Part shown: positions 37,467-48,243 of the stretch, one piece after another
Layout: each line of letters opens with the position of its first letter
Numbering within the stretch: position 1 is the stretch's first letter
The notes under the pieces: generated by a model
Databases searched by the model: none
Told to the model about the DNA's origin: nothing
What the model saw: only the letters and a program-made list of their open reading frames with translations
Position numbers and translations under genes: made by a program
DNA from: Pseudomonadota bacterium
GTDB lineage: Bacteria > Pseudomonadota > Alphaproteobacteria > Geminicoccales > Geminicoccaceae
Reading direction: 5' to 3'
DNA: 64,000 bases
Assembly (NCBI GenBank): GCA_030549795.1
Contig: JAUQQO010000055.1
Span: forward strand, 1,436-65,435

Positions 37467-38894
37467 ATGAGTGTAGTCGTTCGCTTCGCGCCCTCGCCTA
37501 CGGGCTATCTCCACATCGGTGGGGCGCGGACGGCCCTCTTCAACTGGCTCTTCGCCCGTCACCACAAGGGCAAGTATCTCCTGCGCATCGAGGACACCGA
37601 TCCGGTGCGTTCGACCAAGGAGGCGGTGGACGCAATCCTCGATGGCTTGCACTGGCTCGGGCTGGATCCGGACGAGCCGCCGGTCTTCCAATCTACGCGC
37701 TTTGCGCGCCACCGCGAGGTGGCGATGCGCCTGCTCGCCGAAGGCAAGGCCTATCGGTGCTATGCGACCCCCGAAGAGCTCGAGGCGATGCGCGAGAAGG
37801 CGCGCGCCGAGGGGCGGCCGATGCGCTACGACGGGCGCTGGCGCGATCGCGATCCTTCAGAAGCGCCGCCCGGGGTACCGCCGGTCATCCGCTTCAAGGC
37901 CCCGCGGACCGGCGAGACGGTCATCGAGGACCTGGTCCAGGGCACCGTGCGGGTGGCCAATGAGCAGCTCGACGACATGGTGCTTTTGCGCTCCGACGGC
38001 ACACCCACCTACATGCTCTCGGTCGTGGTCGACGACATCGACATGGGGATCACCCACATTATTCGGGGCCACGACCATCTCACCAACGCCTTCCGGCAAA
38101 AGCAGCTCTATGATGCGATCGGAGCGCCCTGCCCAGCTTTCGCCCACATCCCCCTCATCCACGGTCCCGACGGGACGAAATTGTCGAAGCGCCATGGTGC
38201 GCTCGCGGTGACCGAATATCGTGCGATGGGCTTTCTGCCCGAGGCCATGCGCTGTTACTTGCTGCGCCTCGGCTGGTCTTACGGAGACAAGGAGTTCTTC
38301 ACTGACGAGGAGGCGATCGCACTCTTCGACATCTCGGGAGTTGGGCGCTCGCCTTCGCGCTTCGACATGGCCAAGCTGCTCAGCGTCAATGCCCATTTCT
38401 TGCGGCTCAAGAGTGATGCCGAGCTGATCGAACTCGTGCGGCCGTTTTTGGCCGAACTCGGCCTTACGGCAGAAGGCGAAGGAGCGCGACGCCTCGCCGC
38501 CGGAATGCCGGGGCTTAAAGCGCGGGCGCGCACACTCGTCGAGCTGGCGCGCGGTGCCGCCTTTTATCTGCGGCCGCGTCCCTTGCCGGTGCAGCCGGAG
38601 GGCGCGCAGCGGCTGGACGCTGCGATGCGCGAGGCTTTGCGCGCGCTCGTGCCGGTGCTCGAGGCTCAGGAGGTGTGGGAGGAGACGGCGCTTGAGGCCA
38701 CCTGTCGCGCCTTCGCTGAGACCCACGGGCTCAAATTCGCCAATCTCGCGCAGGCGGTGCGGGTCGCGCTCACCGGCTCCTTGGTCTCGCCGGGTCTGTT
38801 CGAGGTCATGGTCATCCTCGGCAAAGACGAGGTGATCGGGCGGCTCGAGGACGCAGCGGCGGGGCGCAACCCCATCGCAGATGGGGCGAATTGA
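37467..38894 (+). CDS. gltX: Glutamate--tRNA ligase
   Basis: VVRFAPSPTGYLHIGGARTALFNWLFARHH (HIGH) and KLSKRHG (KMSKS). 475 aa. Confidence 0.97.
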   Translation: MSVVVRFAPSPTGYLHIGGARTALFNWLFARHHKGKYLLRIEDTDPVRSTKEAVDAILDGLHWLGLDPDEPPVFQSTRFARHREVAMRLLAEGKAYRCYATPEELEAMREKARAEGRPMRYDGRWRDRDPSEAPPGVPPVIRFKAPRTGETVIEDLVQGTVRVANEQLDDMVLLRSDGTPTYMLSVVVDDIDMGITHIIRGHDHLTNAFRQKQLYDAIGAPCPAFAHIPLIHGPDGTKLSKRHGALAVTEYRAMGFLPEAMRCYLLRLGWSYGDKEFFTDEEAIALFDISGVGRSPSRFDMAKLLSVNAHFLRLKSDAELIELVRPFLAELGLTAEGEGARRLAAGMPGLKARARTLVELARGAAFYLRPRPLPVQPEGAQRLDAAMREALRALVPVLEAQEVWEETALEATCRAFAETHGLKFANLAQAVRVALTGSLVSPGLFEVMVILGKDEVIGRLEDAAAGRNPIADGAN

Positions 38895-38981
38895 AGGCCT
38901 TCGACCGCGCTGCTACCGTCGCGGTCGATCGTGCTGCAGGTGCGAAGAGAGCGAATCGGACGAGCGGGTAGGAGACCAGGC

Positions 38982-40289
38982 ATGAGCGACGCCACGAGCC
39001 CGCGGACCGCGCGCCTATCTGTTCCCGGACGCGAGCCGGTCGAGTTGCCAATCCTCGAGAGCACGATGGGCCCGGGGGTCATCGATGTCCGCGGCCTTTA
39101 TTCGGCCACGGGCCTATTCACCTATGATCCTGGCTACACCTCGACCGCCAGCTGTCAATCCAAGATCACCTTCATCGACGGCGAGAAGGGTATACTCCTC
39201 CATCGAGGCTATCGCATCGAGGACCTCGCCGAGAAATGTTCCTATCTCGAAGTCTGCTATCTTTTGTTGCGCGGCGAGTTGCCGACGCGGGCACAGCTCG
39301 ATGAGTTCGTGCATCACATCACCTACCATACGATGGTGCACGAGCAGATCAGCTATCTGTTCCGCGGCTTCCGCCGCGACTCGCACCCGATGGCGGTGAT
39401 GATCGGCGTCGTCGGTGCGCTCTCGGCTTTCTATTACGAAGATCTGGATGTCGACGATCCGCACCAAAGGATGATCGTTACCCATCGCTTGATCGCCAAG
39501 GTGCCGACGATCGCAGCGATGGCCTACAAATATTCGGTCGGCCAACCGTTCATGTATCCGCGTAACGATCTCGATTACGCGTCCAATTTCCTGCACATGA
39601 TGTTCGCGGTGCCCTGCGAGCCCTACAAAGTCAATCCGGTGATGGCGCGGGCACTCGACAAGATCCTGATTCTGCACGCCGATCACGAGCAGAACGCGTC
39701 GACCTCCACGGTGCGCCTTGTCGGTTCCACCGGTGCCAGCCCCTATGCCGCCATCGCCGCCGGCATCGCGGCCCTGTGGGGGCCGGCGCACGGCGGTGCC
39801 AACGAAGCCGTGCTCAACATGCTCAAGCAGATCGGCTCGGTCTCGAACATCAAATCCTTCCTCGAAAAGGTCAAAGACAAAGACTCCAACACGCGGCTCA
39901 TGGGGTTCGGCCATCGCGTCTACAAGAACTACGATCCGCGCGCAGCCGTTTTGAAGAAAAGTGCGGATGAAGTCCTGGCCGAACTCGGCAAGAAGCACAA
40001 TCCATTGCTTGAGATTGCCAAGGAGCTCGAGAAGATCGCGCTCGAGGATGAATATTTTGTCAAACGCAAACTGTTCCCGAATGTAGACTTCTACTCAGGA
40101 ATCATCCTCGAGGCACTCGGCATTCCGACTCGGATGTTCACCGCGATCTTCGCCATGGCGCGCACGGTGGGATGGATCGCCCAGTGGAACGAGATGATCG
40201 AGGATCCCCAGCAGAAGATCGGACGCCCGCGGCAGCTCTATGTCGGCGAGCGCGAGCGTCCCTTCGTGCCGATCGAGGCGCGCGGGTAA
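38982..40289 (+). CDS. gltA: Citrate synthase (type II)
   Basis: [27 protein letters not shown] and [18 protein letters not shown] at 38982 after GGAGACC. The track start at 38931 adds 17 poor residues. Confidence 0.97.
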   Translation: MSDATSPRTARLSVPGREPVELPILESTMGPGVIDVRGLYSATGLFTYDPGYTSTASCQSKITFIDGEKGILLHRGYRIEDLAEKCSYLEVCYLLLRGELPTRAQLDEFVHHITYHTMVHEQISYLFRGFRRDSHPMAVMIGVVGALSAFYYEDLDVDDPHQRMIVTHRLIAKVPTIAAMAYKYSVGQPFMYPRNDLDYASNFLHMMFAVPCEPYKVNPVMARALDKILILHADHEQNASTSTVRLVGSTGASPYAAIAAGIAALWGPAHGGANEAVLNMLKQIGSVSNIKSFLEKVKDKDSNTRLMGFGHRVYKNYDPRAAVLKKSADEVLAELGKKHNPLLEIAKELEKIALEDEYFVKRKLFPNVDFYSGIILEALGIPTRMFTAIFAMARTVGWIAQWNEMIEDPQQKIGRPRQLYVGERERPFVPIEARG

Positions 40290-40308
40290 ACGTAAAGCCC
40301 AAGAGCCA

Positions 40309-40794
40309 TCAGCCGGCCGCGCGTCCCGCCATGACCTTGGCGCTGAAGCTGCATTCGGTCGCGACCTCGTCCCGAACCCGCGCAAGGCCGCGGAACTTCC
40401 AGATCCCGAGGCGCTGACGGAGGAGCTCGACCTCGAGCGCGAGGGTGTCGCCCGGGCGCACCGGGCGGCGAAAGCGCGCCTCTTCGACGGTGGTGAAGTA
40501 GACCGTGGTGCCCTCGGCGCTCGGCCCCAGGCTCGCCACCGCGAGAACCGCCGCCGCTTGGGCGAGGGCCTCGACCACGAGCACTCCCGGCATGATCGGG
40601 TCGTTGGGAAAATGGCCGGGAAAGAAGGGTTCATTAAAGGTCACGTTCTTGATCCCCACCGCGCGCTTGAAGGCCTCGACCTCGGTGAGGCGATCGACGA
40701 GCAGCATGGGGTAGCGGTGAGGGAGCGCGCGCATGATCCCGAGATAGTCGACATCGGGCAATCGCGTGCCCACCGCAACGGTCTCATTGCCCAT
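40309..40794 (-). CDS. fabZ: 3-hydroxyacyl-ACP dehydratase FabZ
   Basis: [12 protein letters not shown] and [32 protein letters not shown]. Confidence 0.95.
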   Translation of the reverse strand: MGNETVAVGTRLPDVDYLGIMRALPHRYPMLLVDRLTEVEAFKRAVGIKNVTFNEPFFPGHFPNDPIMPGVLVVEALAQAAAVLAVASLGPSAEGTTVYFTTVEEARFRRPVRPGDTLALEVELLRQRLGIWKFRGLARVRDEVATECSFSAKVMAGRAAG

Positions 40795-40849
40795 GGGCGT
40801 CGTCCTCCATTTCGTTTGTTCGCGATCGGTACGAAAGGAAAAAGGGCGC

Positions 40850-41449
40850 TTATTCGCTGCTCGCGATCTCTGGGACCTTTACCGTCGGCAACTTGCGATC
40901 GAGCCGCGCCAGCACCTCGTCCGTGATGTCGATCTTGGGCGAGTAGAGGAGGACGCCCGAAGCCGGCAAGACGAGGTTGAAGCCGCGGGTCTCGGCGAGT
41001 TCGTCGACGATCTCTTTGAGCGCTTGGCGCACGACATTGTTGGCGGCGGCGAGCGCCTCGTCGAGCTGACGCCGCCGTTCGTTCGAGGCGCGTTGTAGCG
41101 CTTGCACCGCCTCTTCATATTCCTTGCGCTTTTGCGCGAAGGCCTCGGCCGAGAGAACGCCGCGCTGGCGGGCGAGTTCCTTGCCGACTTCGTTGAGCCT
41201 TTGCTCTTCTTTGGCGAGTTGGTCGAGATAGAGCCGGCGTCGGACTTCGAGTTGCTGTTGAATGCTCTTGGCGGCCTTGGATTCGCGCAAGATCCGCTGG
41301 TGGTCGACCACGGCTGCGACCGCAGGCGGTAGCGGTTGGCCAACCGCCGCCCGCGGTAGCCGGACAAGAGTCGTCGCGGCGACGAGGGCCGCTGAGCCCA
41401 CGAGCGCAGTGCGCCGCTTGATCCCGCCTCGTCCGCGCCGTGACCGCAA
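40850..41449 (-). CDS. OmpH/Skp family periplasmic chaperone
   Basis: Signal-like ALVGSAALVAATTLV followed by a coiled-coil rich in Q/E/R/K (ILRESKAAKSIQQQLEVRRRLYLDQLAKEEQRL...) ending LDRKLPTVKV. Lies between bamA and fabZ. The start is uncertain (TTG 41449 proposed); the track ORF runs back into bamA. Confidence 0.75.
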   Translation of the reverse strand: MRSRRGRGGIKRRTALVGSAALVAATTLVRLPRAAVGQPLPPAVAAVVDHQRILRESKAAKSIQQQLEVRRRLYLDQLAKEEQRLNEVGKELARQRGVLSAEAFAQKRKEYEEAVQALQRASNERRRQLDEALAAANNVVRQALKEIVDELAETRGFNLVLPASGVLLYSPKIDITDEVLARLDRKLPTVKVPEIASSE

Positions 41450-41459
41450 GCTCGTTCCC

Positions 41460-43745
41460 TTAGAACCGGGTACCGAAGGACAGCCGGAAGGTTTCGGTCT
41501 CGTCGCCACGGTCTTTGAGGAAGGCGAAGCCGAGATCGATGGCAAGCGGCCCCAAAGGCGACAGCCAGGAAAGACCGAAGCCGGCTGAGGCGCGCAAGTT
41601 GCCACTGTCTTCGATCCGCGGGTCGTTGATGTCGATGTCGGTAAGCGTGCCGACATCGACGAAGGTGCGACCGAAGATCCGAAGCTCTTTGGGCAGCCCC
41701 AAGGGGAAGCGCAGCTCGGCCGTGCCGACATAATAGAAGTTGCCGCCGAGCGCGTCTTCGGTCCTGCGGTCGCGTGGCCCGATGCCGGCGAAGGAGAAGC
41801 CGCGGAAGTTCGTACCGCCAACGAAGAAACGTTCGGTCAGGGTGACTTTTTCGCCGGCAAAGGCGAAGATGTAACCAGCCGACAACCCGAGGTTGAGTAC
41901 CCAGTCGGGCGCGAAACTGTAGTACCAGTCGGCGCGGCCTTCGTGCCGCAGGTAGCGGCTGTCGCCGCCGAGGCCGGCGATCTCTTGATCGATGCGTACG
42001 GCATAGCCTTCGCTCGGCAAGAAACGCTGGTCGCGGCGGTCATAAGTGAAGGTTTGGCCGACCGCCGACGTCCAGCGCGCGCCCTGCTCGCGGCGAATGA
42101 AGGGCGAGGCGTCATCGTCGACGTCTTGGATCTGGGTTCGGCGCAGGCTGTAGCGCACAGCGTGCCGCAGGTCTTCGGTGAGCGCATAAGAGCCGCGCAC
42201 CGTCGCACCCGCCACCGCTTCGTCGAAATTGGCTTCGGTCTGATAGTTGGTCTTGGTTCGATAGATATCGAAGCCGGCGGCGAGCTCGCGATCGAGGAAC
42301 CAGGGCTCGGTGAAGCTGAACTGGGCGTTCTGGCGGCGCCCGGAAATCGTGAGGTTGGCGATCACTTCCTGACCGCGACCCAAGAGATTGCGCTCGCGAA
42401 AACGCACATCCGCAAGCGGACCATCGACGGTCGAGAAGCCGGCTCCGAAGGACAGCTCGCCCGTTGAACGTTCAGCAACGCGGACGTTGATGACGATCTT
42501 GTCGGGGGCGCTGCCCTGCGCGGTCGTGATGTCGACCGTCTCGAAGAAGCCCAAGTTGATGAGCCGCTGGCGCGAGCGCCGCAGCAGTGCAGCGTTGAAG
42601 GCATCGCCCTCGGCGAGGCGGAACTCGCGCCGAATGACGGAATCGAGGGTGCGAACGTTGCCGCGGATCTCGATCCGCTCGACATAGACCCGTGGCCCTT
42701 CGCTCACTTCGAAGACGAGGTCGACTGTGAGTTCCTCGCGGTTCAGCCGCTGGACCGGCTCCACCCGCGTAAACGCGTAGCCGAGAGCACCCAGCCGATC
42801 GGTGAGCCGTTGAATCGAGGTCTCGATCTCCTCGGCGTTGTAGACCGTGCCCTCGCGCACGGTCACGGCAGCGCGCAACTCTTCCGGGGCGAGATCGGGG
42901 ACGGTCGAACGGACGTCGATCGTGCCGAACCGGTAGCGGGGGCCTTCGTCAATGGTGAAGGTGATGTAGAACTCGCGCCCATCCGGGGTGAGCTCGGCCA
43001 CCGCCGAGACGACCTGCATCTCGGCATAGCCGCGCGCCAGGTAGAACCGACGCAACAGTTCCTTGTCGACTTCGAGGCGATCCGGATCGTAGGTGTCGTC
43101 GGAGGTGAACAGTCGCCACCAGGCGGTCTCGACGGTCTGGATAGCCCCGCGCAAGGTCGAGTCCGAGAACGCCTCGTTGCCGATGAAGCTGATGCCGCGC
43201 ACCTTGGTCAGTGGCCCCTCGTCGATCTCGAAGACGAGATCGACGCGGTTCTGGTCGAGCTCGATCACCTTGGGCTCGACGCGTGCCGAAAAACGGCCGC
43301 TGCGTCGATAGAGCTCGAGGATCCGCGTCACCGCTTCTTGCACCCGCGCCCGGCTGAAGATCTGGCGCGGCCGCAACGCGACTTCGGCTTCCAGGATCGT
43401 GTCTTGGATGGCGCGATTGCCCTCGAAGGCGATGCGGTTGATGAGCGGGTTCTCGACCACTTCGACGATCAGCTGGTCGCCTTCGCGCCGGATGCGCACG
43501 TCCTCGAACAGTCCGGTTTGGAACAGCGCCTTGAGCGATTCGTCGAGGGCGGCGGGGCTGAACGGCTCGCCGCGCCGTACCGCGATGTAGCTTTCGATTG
43601 TCGCCTGTTCGATCCGCTGGTTACCGACGACCCGGATCTCGCGGATGCGCCCCCCGTCTTGCGCGAGCCCGGGCTCGATCGGCAAAAGCGCAAGCCCGCT
43701 CAATAAGGCCACTCCGCTCACAAGGCGATGCAAGCGCGCGCGCAT
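41460..43745 (-). CDS. bamA: Outer membrane protein assembly factor BamA
   Basis: Signal peptide, POTRA repeats (IREIRVVGNQRIEQATIESYI..., GYAEMQV...), a C-terminal beta-barrel, and terminal aromatic residue (SFGTRF). ATG at 43745; TTG 43769 is the alternative. Confidence 0.93.
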   Translation of the reverse strand: MRARLHRLVSGVALLSGLALLPIEPGLAQDGGRIREIRVVGNQRIEQATIESYIAVRRGEPFSPAALDESLKALFQTGLFEDVRIRREGDQLIVEVVENPLINRIAFEGNRAIQDTILEAEVALRPRQIFSRARVQEAVTRILELYRRSGRFSARVEPKVIELDQNRVDLVFEIDEGPLTKVRGISFIGNEAFSDSTLRGAIQTVETAWWRLFTSDDTYDPDRLEVDKELLRRFYLARGYAEMQVVSAVAELTPDGREFYITFTIDEGPRYRFGTIDVRSTVPDLAPEELRAAVTVREGTVYNAEEIETSIQRLTDRLGALGYAFTRVEPVQRLNREELTVDLVFEVSEGPRVYVERIEIRGNVRTLDSVIRREFRLAEGDAFNAALLRRSRQRLINLGFFETVDITTAQGSAPDKIVINVRVAERSTGELSFGAGFSTVDGPLADVRFRERNLLGRGQEVIANLTISGRRQNAQFSFTEPWFLDRELAAGFDIYRTKTNYQTEANFDEAVAGATVRGSYALTEDLRHAVRYSLRRTQIQDVDDDASPFIRREQGARWTSAVGQTFTYDRRDQRFLPSEGYAVRIDQEIAGLGGDSRYLRHEGRADWYYSFAPDWVLNLGLSAGYIFAFAGEKVTLTERFFVGGTNFRGFSFAGIGPRDRRTEDALGGNFYYVGTAELRFPLGLPKELRIFGRTFVDVGTLTDIDINDPRIEDSGNLRASAGFGLSWLSPLGPLAIDLGFAFLKDRGDETETFRLSFGTRF

Positions 43746-43796
43746 CCTCGGGTCCTTCTCGTTGGGCAAGGGCGGAACCCTGATGGTGGGGCGATC

Positions 43797-44918
43797 TCAC
43801 GAGATCAAACCGGTGATGAACTCGACGATCTTGAGATGCACGATGTCGTTCCAGGTCGCAAAGAGCATCAGGCTCAAGACCATCGCGAGCCCGAGCCGGA
43901 AGGCGATCTCCTGGCTGCGTTCGGTCAAGGGGCGGCCGCGCACCGCTTCCACCGCGTAAAGGGCGAGGTGTCCGCCGTCGAGCAGGGGGATCGGGAAGAG
44001 GTTGATGAGGCCGAGGTTGATCGACAGCACTGCGGTGAACCAAAGCGCCGGCACGAGCCCGTCGCGCGCGATCTCGCCCGACATCTGGGCGATCCGCAAG
44101 GGGCCTCCGAGTTCCTGCGTCCCCCGCGTGCCGATCACCATTTCGGCGAGGCCCTTTAAGGTGGCCCCGATCATCCGCACCGTCTCCGCCCCGGCTTCGA
44201 TGAGCGCCTCAAGCGGCCCGCTGCGCTTGAACTCGATGCCCGAACGGCTCACCCCGATAAGACCGATGCGGTGCACGACACCGAAGCGATCGGTGAACTC
44301 GCTGAGTGCCGGGACCACGGTGACATCGAGCTCCCGCTCTTCGCGCAGGACGGTAAAGCGAAGCGGGGTTTCCGGCGCGGCCCGGACGATCGCTTGCAAC
44401 TCTTCGAAGCTCTCGATCGGTTGGCCGTCGACCGCGAGCACTCGGTCCCCGGGCCGCAGCCCAGCCGCGGCAGCCGGACTTTCCGGTTGCACCGCGCCGA
44501 TCTCGGCTGGGGTGAAGGGGCGTCCGCTCACCATGAAGAGGATTGCGAGCAAGACCACCGCGAAGAGGAAGTTGGCAAGCGGCCCGGCCGCGACGATGGC
44601 TGCTCGCCGGCCGACGGTCTGCGCGGGGAAGCTCTCGGGATCGCCGATCGCCCGAACATCGACGGTCGCGCTCGTCGCATCCGCGTCGCCCAACATCTTG
44701 ACATAGCCGCCGAGCGGAATCGCCGAGATCTTCCAGCGGGTGCCGCGGCGATCGGTGAAGCCGACGAGCTCGGGCCCGAAGCCGATCGAGAATACTTCGA
44801 CGCGTACGCCACAGGCACGAGCCACGCGATAGTGACCCCACTCGTGTACGAACACGACGATCGACAGGATGATCAAGAAGGGGATCAGATACTGACCGAC
44901 GAGGCTGAATAAATCCAT
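43797..44918 (-). CDS. rseP: RIP zinc metalloprotease RseP (site-2 protease) with PDZ domain
   Basis: MDLFSLVGQYLIPFLIILSIVVFVHEWGHYRVAR (HExxH), PDZ-like PAAAAGLRPGDRVLAVDG, and NLFPIPLLDGGH. ATG at 44918. The track ORF has a 121-aa Arg/Gly-rich extension. Confidence 0.93.
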   Translation of the reverse strand: MDLFSLVGQYLIPFLIILSIVVFVHEWGHYRVARACGVRVEVFSIGFGPELVGFTDRRGTRWKISAIPLGGYVKMLGDADATSATVDVRAIGDPESFPAQTVGRRAAIVAAGPLANFLFAVVLLAILFMVSGRPFTPAEIGAVQPESPAAAAGLRPGDRVLAVDGQPIESFEELQAIVRAAPETPLRFTVLREERELDVTVVPALSEFTDRFGVVHRIGLIGVSRSGIEFKRSGPLEALIEAGAETVRMIGATLKGLAEMVIGTRGTQELGGPLRIAQMSGEIARDGLVPALWFTAVLSINLGLINLFPIPLLDGGHLALYAVEAVRGRPLTERSQEIAFRLGLAMVLSLMLFATWNDIVHLKIVEFITGLIS

Positions 44919-44929
44919 CACGCTCCCTC

Positions 44930-46132
44930 TCACCGGTTGTACGAGGAAAGCCGGGCGATGATCATTTCTGCTTTTGCCCTTGCCTCGCGGTCGCGGTCGA
45001 GCACCTCCTCGAGTGAATGGGTCGGACCGTTCGGTAAGCTCTCGACCACCTGCTCGACCGTGCGCACGATGTCGAGGAAGCCGATGCGCCCGGCCAGAAA
45101 GGCCCCCACCGCTACCTCGTTGGCAGCGTTGAGGATAGTAGGGGCGGCCCCCCCGCGCCGCAAGGCGCGGCGCGCCAAGCCCAGAGCCGGAAAACGGTGC
45201 TCGGAGGGCGGCTCGAAGTCCAACCGGCCGATCGTCGCCAGATCCAGCCGCGGTGCCCGCGTGGTCAAACGCTCGGGCCAACCGAGGGTGTGCGCGATCG
45301 GGATCCGCATGTCCGGGGCGGCGAGCTGGGCGAGCAGCGAACCATCACTTAAGGCGACAAGACCGTGGACGATCGATTGCGGGTGCAGAACCACCTCGAT
45401 GCGCGCCTCGGGCACCCCGAACAGCCGGTGCGCCTCGATGATCTCGAGGCCCTTGTTCATCATCGTGGCGCTGTCGACGCTGATCTTGGCGCCCATCTGC
45501 CAGTTCGGATGGGCGACCGCTTGCGCCGGGGTGGCCTGCGCCATCTCCTCGAGCGACCAGGTGCGAAACGGCCCGCCCGAGGCGGTCAAGATCAGCCGTT
45601 CGATCGCATCGCGGGGCGTGTCACCGAGCGCCTGCCAGATGGCATTGTGCTCGGAATCGACCGGCAACAGCACCGCACCGCCGCGGCGGGCTGCGGCGAG
45701 CATGAGCTCACCGGCCGAGACGAGGGGTTCTTTGTTGGCGATGGCGACGATCGCTCCACGCTCGAGTGCGGCAAGGGTGGGGGCGAGCCCGGCCATGCCG
45801 ACGATCGCCGCCATCACCCAATCGGTGGGTCTGCGCGCAGCCTCGACGATCGCCTCGGCACCCGCTGCGACCTCGATCCCGGTGCCGGCGAGATGGTCTT
45901 TAAGCGTGCGATAGGCGCGCGCATCGGCGACGACGGCGCAACGGGCGCGATGCCGGACGGCGAGTTGGGCGAGCAGCTCGGCGTTGCGTCCGGCTGTGAG
46001 CACGTCGACGCAGTAGAGCTCGGGCCGTTCAGCGACGAGGGCGAGTGTGTTGCGGCCGATCGAGCCCGTCGCGCCGAGAATGGTAAGCGAGCGCGGACGA
46101 TCCCTACTCGGGGGAAAGCGCGCGGCGCTCAT
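44930..46132 (-). CDS. dxr: 1-deoxy-D-xylulose 5-phosphate reductoisomerase
   Basis: LTILGATGSIGRNTL, LLPVDSEHNAIWQ and HPNWQMG. The ATG overlaps the cdsA stop. Confidence 0.95.
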   Translation of the reverse strand: MSAARFPPSRDRPRSLTILGATGSIGRNTLALVAERPELYCVDVLTAGRNAELLAQLAVRHRARCAVVADARAYRTLKDHLAGTGIEVAAGAEAIVEAARRPTDWVMAAIVGMAGLAPTLAALERGAIVAIANKEPLVSAGELMLAAARRGGAVLLPVDSEHNAIWQALGDTPRDAIERLILTASGGPFRTWSLEEMAQATPAQAVAHPNWQMGAKISVDSATMMNKGLEIIEAHRLFGVPEARIEVVLHPQSIVHGLVALSDGSLLAQLAAPDMRIPIAHTLGWPERLTTRAPRLDLATIGRLDFEPPSEHRFPALGLARRALRRGGAAPTILNAANEVAVGAFLAGRIGFLDIVRTVEQVVESLPNGPTHSLEEVLDRDREARAKAEMIIARLSSYNR

Positions 46133-46944
46133 GCGGTCGTCGCAAGAACGAACGCAAGGAAAGGCGCAGCGATCAACAGACCGTCGATGCGGTCGAGGAT
46201 CCCGCCGTGCCCGGGGACGAGCGTGCCGCTGTCCTTGGCGCCGATCTGACGCTTAAGCCAGGATTCGAAGAGATCGCCGCTCTGCGCCACGACGGCGACG
46301 AGGGTAGCGAGCGCCGCTGCGCGCGCGAAGGACCAGCCCAGGAGGATGCCGCTCGCCCCGCCCAAAAGAAGCGCCATCGCCACGCCACCCACGAGCCCGG
46401 CCCAGGTCTTGCCCGGGCTGATGGTGGGCGCAAGCCGCGCTCCTCCGATCAACCGCCCGGCGGCATAGGCCGCGGTGTCGGTGGTCGCGACCACGAACAG
46501 GAGCCAAAGGACCACCTGCGCTCCAAAGCGTGGATCGCTCCTAAGCCACAACAGGCTCGCAAACGGAGCGGCGAGATAGGCGATGCCGGCCGCGGTGCGT
46601 TGGGGACGACCTTGGGGAACGAGAGCCGCGACACCAGCGGCAAGGATGGGGGCGGTTGCGAGGACCAAGCCGGCCAGGGCGGTCCGACCGAGCGCCAACG
46701 CGGCAAGGGCCGGACCTCCTGCGAGGATGGGGGCGAGCAACACGCACAGCCGCGCGGGATCGGGCAGAGGCCCGGCGAGCCGGGTCCACTCCAGCGCCGC
46801 GAGGATCAAGACCAAGAAGAGCGCGATCGCCAGCCAAGCGCCACCGGCGAGGACGGCGGCAGTGGCGAGGATCGCGAGCACCACACCCGAGGCGATCCTT
46901 TGGCCGAGCACCGGGTCGCGCGCGCTAGCCGGGACGAGCGCCAT
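46129..46944 (-). CDS. cdsA: Phosphatidate cytidylyltransferase CdsA
   Basis: Membrane protein with SPGKTWAGLVGG and SGDLFESWLKRQIGAKDSGTLVPGHGGILDRIDG. The start is uncertain: ATG 46944 overlaps the uppS end, and GTG 46911 is the alternative. The track ORF runs far into uppS. Confidence 0.85.
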   Translation of the reverse strand: MALVPASARDPVLGQRIASGVVLAILATAAVLAGGAWLAIALFLVLILAALEWTRLAGPLPDPARLCVLLAPILAGGPALAALALGRTALAGLVLATAPILAAGVAALVPQGRPQRTAAGIAYLAAPFASLLWLRSDPRFGAQVVLWLLFVVATTDTAAYAAGRLIGGARLAPTISPGKTWAGLVGGVAMALLLGGASGILLGWSFARAAALATLVAVVAQSGDLFESWLKRQIGAKDSGTLVPGHGGILDRIDGLLIAAPFLAFVLATTA

Positions 46945-47680
46945 AGCGTCGCTCGCGACGCGCATATTCGGCGATCGCCGCATCGAGATGGTGCTCGTCG
47001 AATTCGGGCCAGCCGATCGGCAAGAAGACGAGCTCAGTATAGGCGAGCTGCCACAACAAAAAATTCGAGATGCGCTGCTCGCCGCTCGTGCGGATGAGGA
47101 GATCGGGATCGGGAATGTCGGCGGCGTAGAGCGCGCGCGCAAACGTCTTCTCGTCGATCTCGTCGGGGTCGAGGACCCGGTCGCGGGCCATGCGGGCGAG
47201 GGTGCGCACCGCCCGCAAGATCTCCTGGCGGCCGCCATAGTCGAGGGCGATGATGAGATCCATGCGCTCGTGATGGCGCGTGCGCGCTTCCGCCTCTTCG
47301 ATCAGCCGGACGATATCCGGATCGATCCGACTGCGCTCGCCGATCACCCGCAGCCGCACCTGATTTTCGTCGAGAGCGTCGACCTCGCGCTCGAGGTAGA
47401 AGCGCAACAGCCGCATGAGCTCGCCGATCTCGGCTTGAGGACGACGCCAGTTCTCGCTCGAGAAGGCGAACAGGGTGAGATAGCGGATGCCACGCCGCGC
47501 ACAGCCTTCAACGGCGCGGCGGACTGCCTTGGCGCCTTGGCGATGGCCGGCGGAGGTGGGCAAGCCCCGGGCGCGGGCCCAGCGGCGATTGCCGTCCATG
47601 ATGATCGCGACGTGGACCGGAAGGCGCGCAGGTGGCACCGAATCCGGTTGCGCGGTCTCGACCGCGGCGAGCACGCTCAT
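46925..47680 (-). CDS. uppS: Isoprenyl transferase (undecaprenyl-diphosphate synthase)
   Basis: HVAIIMDGNRRWA, FAFSSENWRRP and RTSGEQRISNFLLWQLAY. Confidence 0.95.
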   Translation of the reverse strand: MSVLAAVETAQPDSVPPARLPVHVAIIMDGNRRWARARGLPTSAGHRQGAKAVRRAVEGCARRGIRYLTLFAFSSENWRRPQAEIGELMRLLRFYLEREVDALDENQVRLRVIGERSRIDPDIVRLIEEAEARTRHHERMDLIIALDYGGRQEILRAVRTLARMARDRVLDPDEIDEKTFARALYAADIPDPDLLIRTSGEQRISNFLLWQLAYTELVFLPIGWPEFDEHHLDAAIAEYARRERRYGARPG

Positions 47681-48243
47681 CAGAACTGTCGAATGTCCTT
47701 TTCTTTCTGCTCGAGGAGTTTATTGATCGCTTCGATATGGCGATCGGTGAGTTTCTGGATCTCGTCGCTTATGCGTTTGAACTCGTCATCAGAAAGATGC
47801 GCCTCGCGATCGGCTCGTTTGAGCTGGTTGAGTCCTTCGTGACGAATGTTGCGCACCGCGACGCGCGCCTGCTCGGCATATTTGTGCGCTGCCTTGACGA
47901 GCTCGTTGCGGCGCTCCTGCGTGAGTTCGGGAAGCGGTACTTTAATGCTCGCACCTTCGGTCACCGGATTGAGCCCGAGCCCGGCGTTGCGGATCGCCTT
48001 TTCGACCGCCTTGACCAGGCTCTTGTCCCACACGCTCACGACCAGAAGGCGCGGCTCGGGTGCGGTGATCGAAGCCAGTTCCTTAAGCGACATGTGCCCG
48101 CCATAGGCTTCGACCTGGATCGGCTCCAACAGAGCCGAACTCGCTCGGCCGGCGCGCAGACCCTGCAATTCCTTTCGCAAGACTTCGACGGCCCCGTCCA
48201 TGCGCCGAGCGAGTTCCTTAAGATCGGGTGGAGCGGCACTCAT
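47680..48243 (-). CDS. frr: Ribosome recycling factor
   Basis: 187 aa. [31 protein letters not shown] and [10 protein letters not shown]. Overlaps both neighbours by 1-4 nt. Confidence 0.95.
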   Translation of the reverse strand: MSAAPPDLKELARRMDGAVEVLRKELQGLRAGRASSALLEPIQVEAYGGHMSLKELASITAPEPRLLVVSVWDKSLVKAVEKAIRNAGLGLNPVTEGASIKVPLPELTQERRNELVKAAHKYAEQARVAVRNIRHEGLNQLKRADREAHLSDDEFKRISDEIQKLTDRHIEAINKLLEQKEKDIRQF

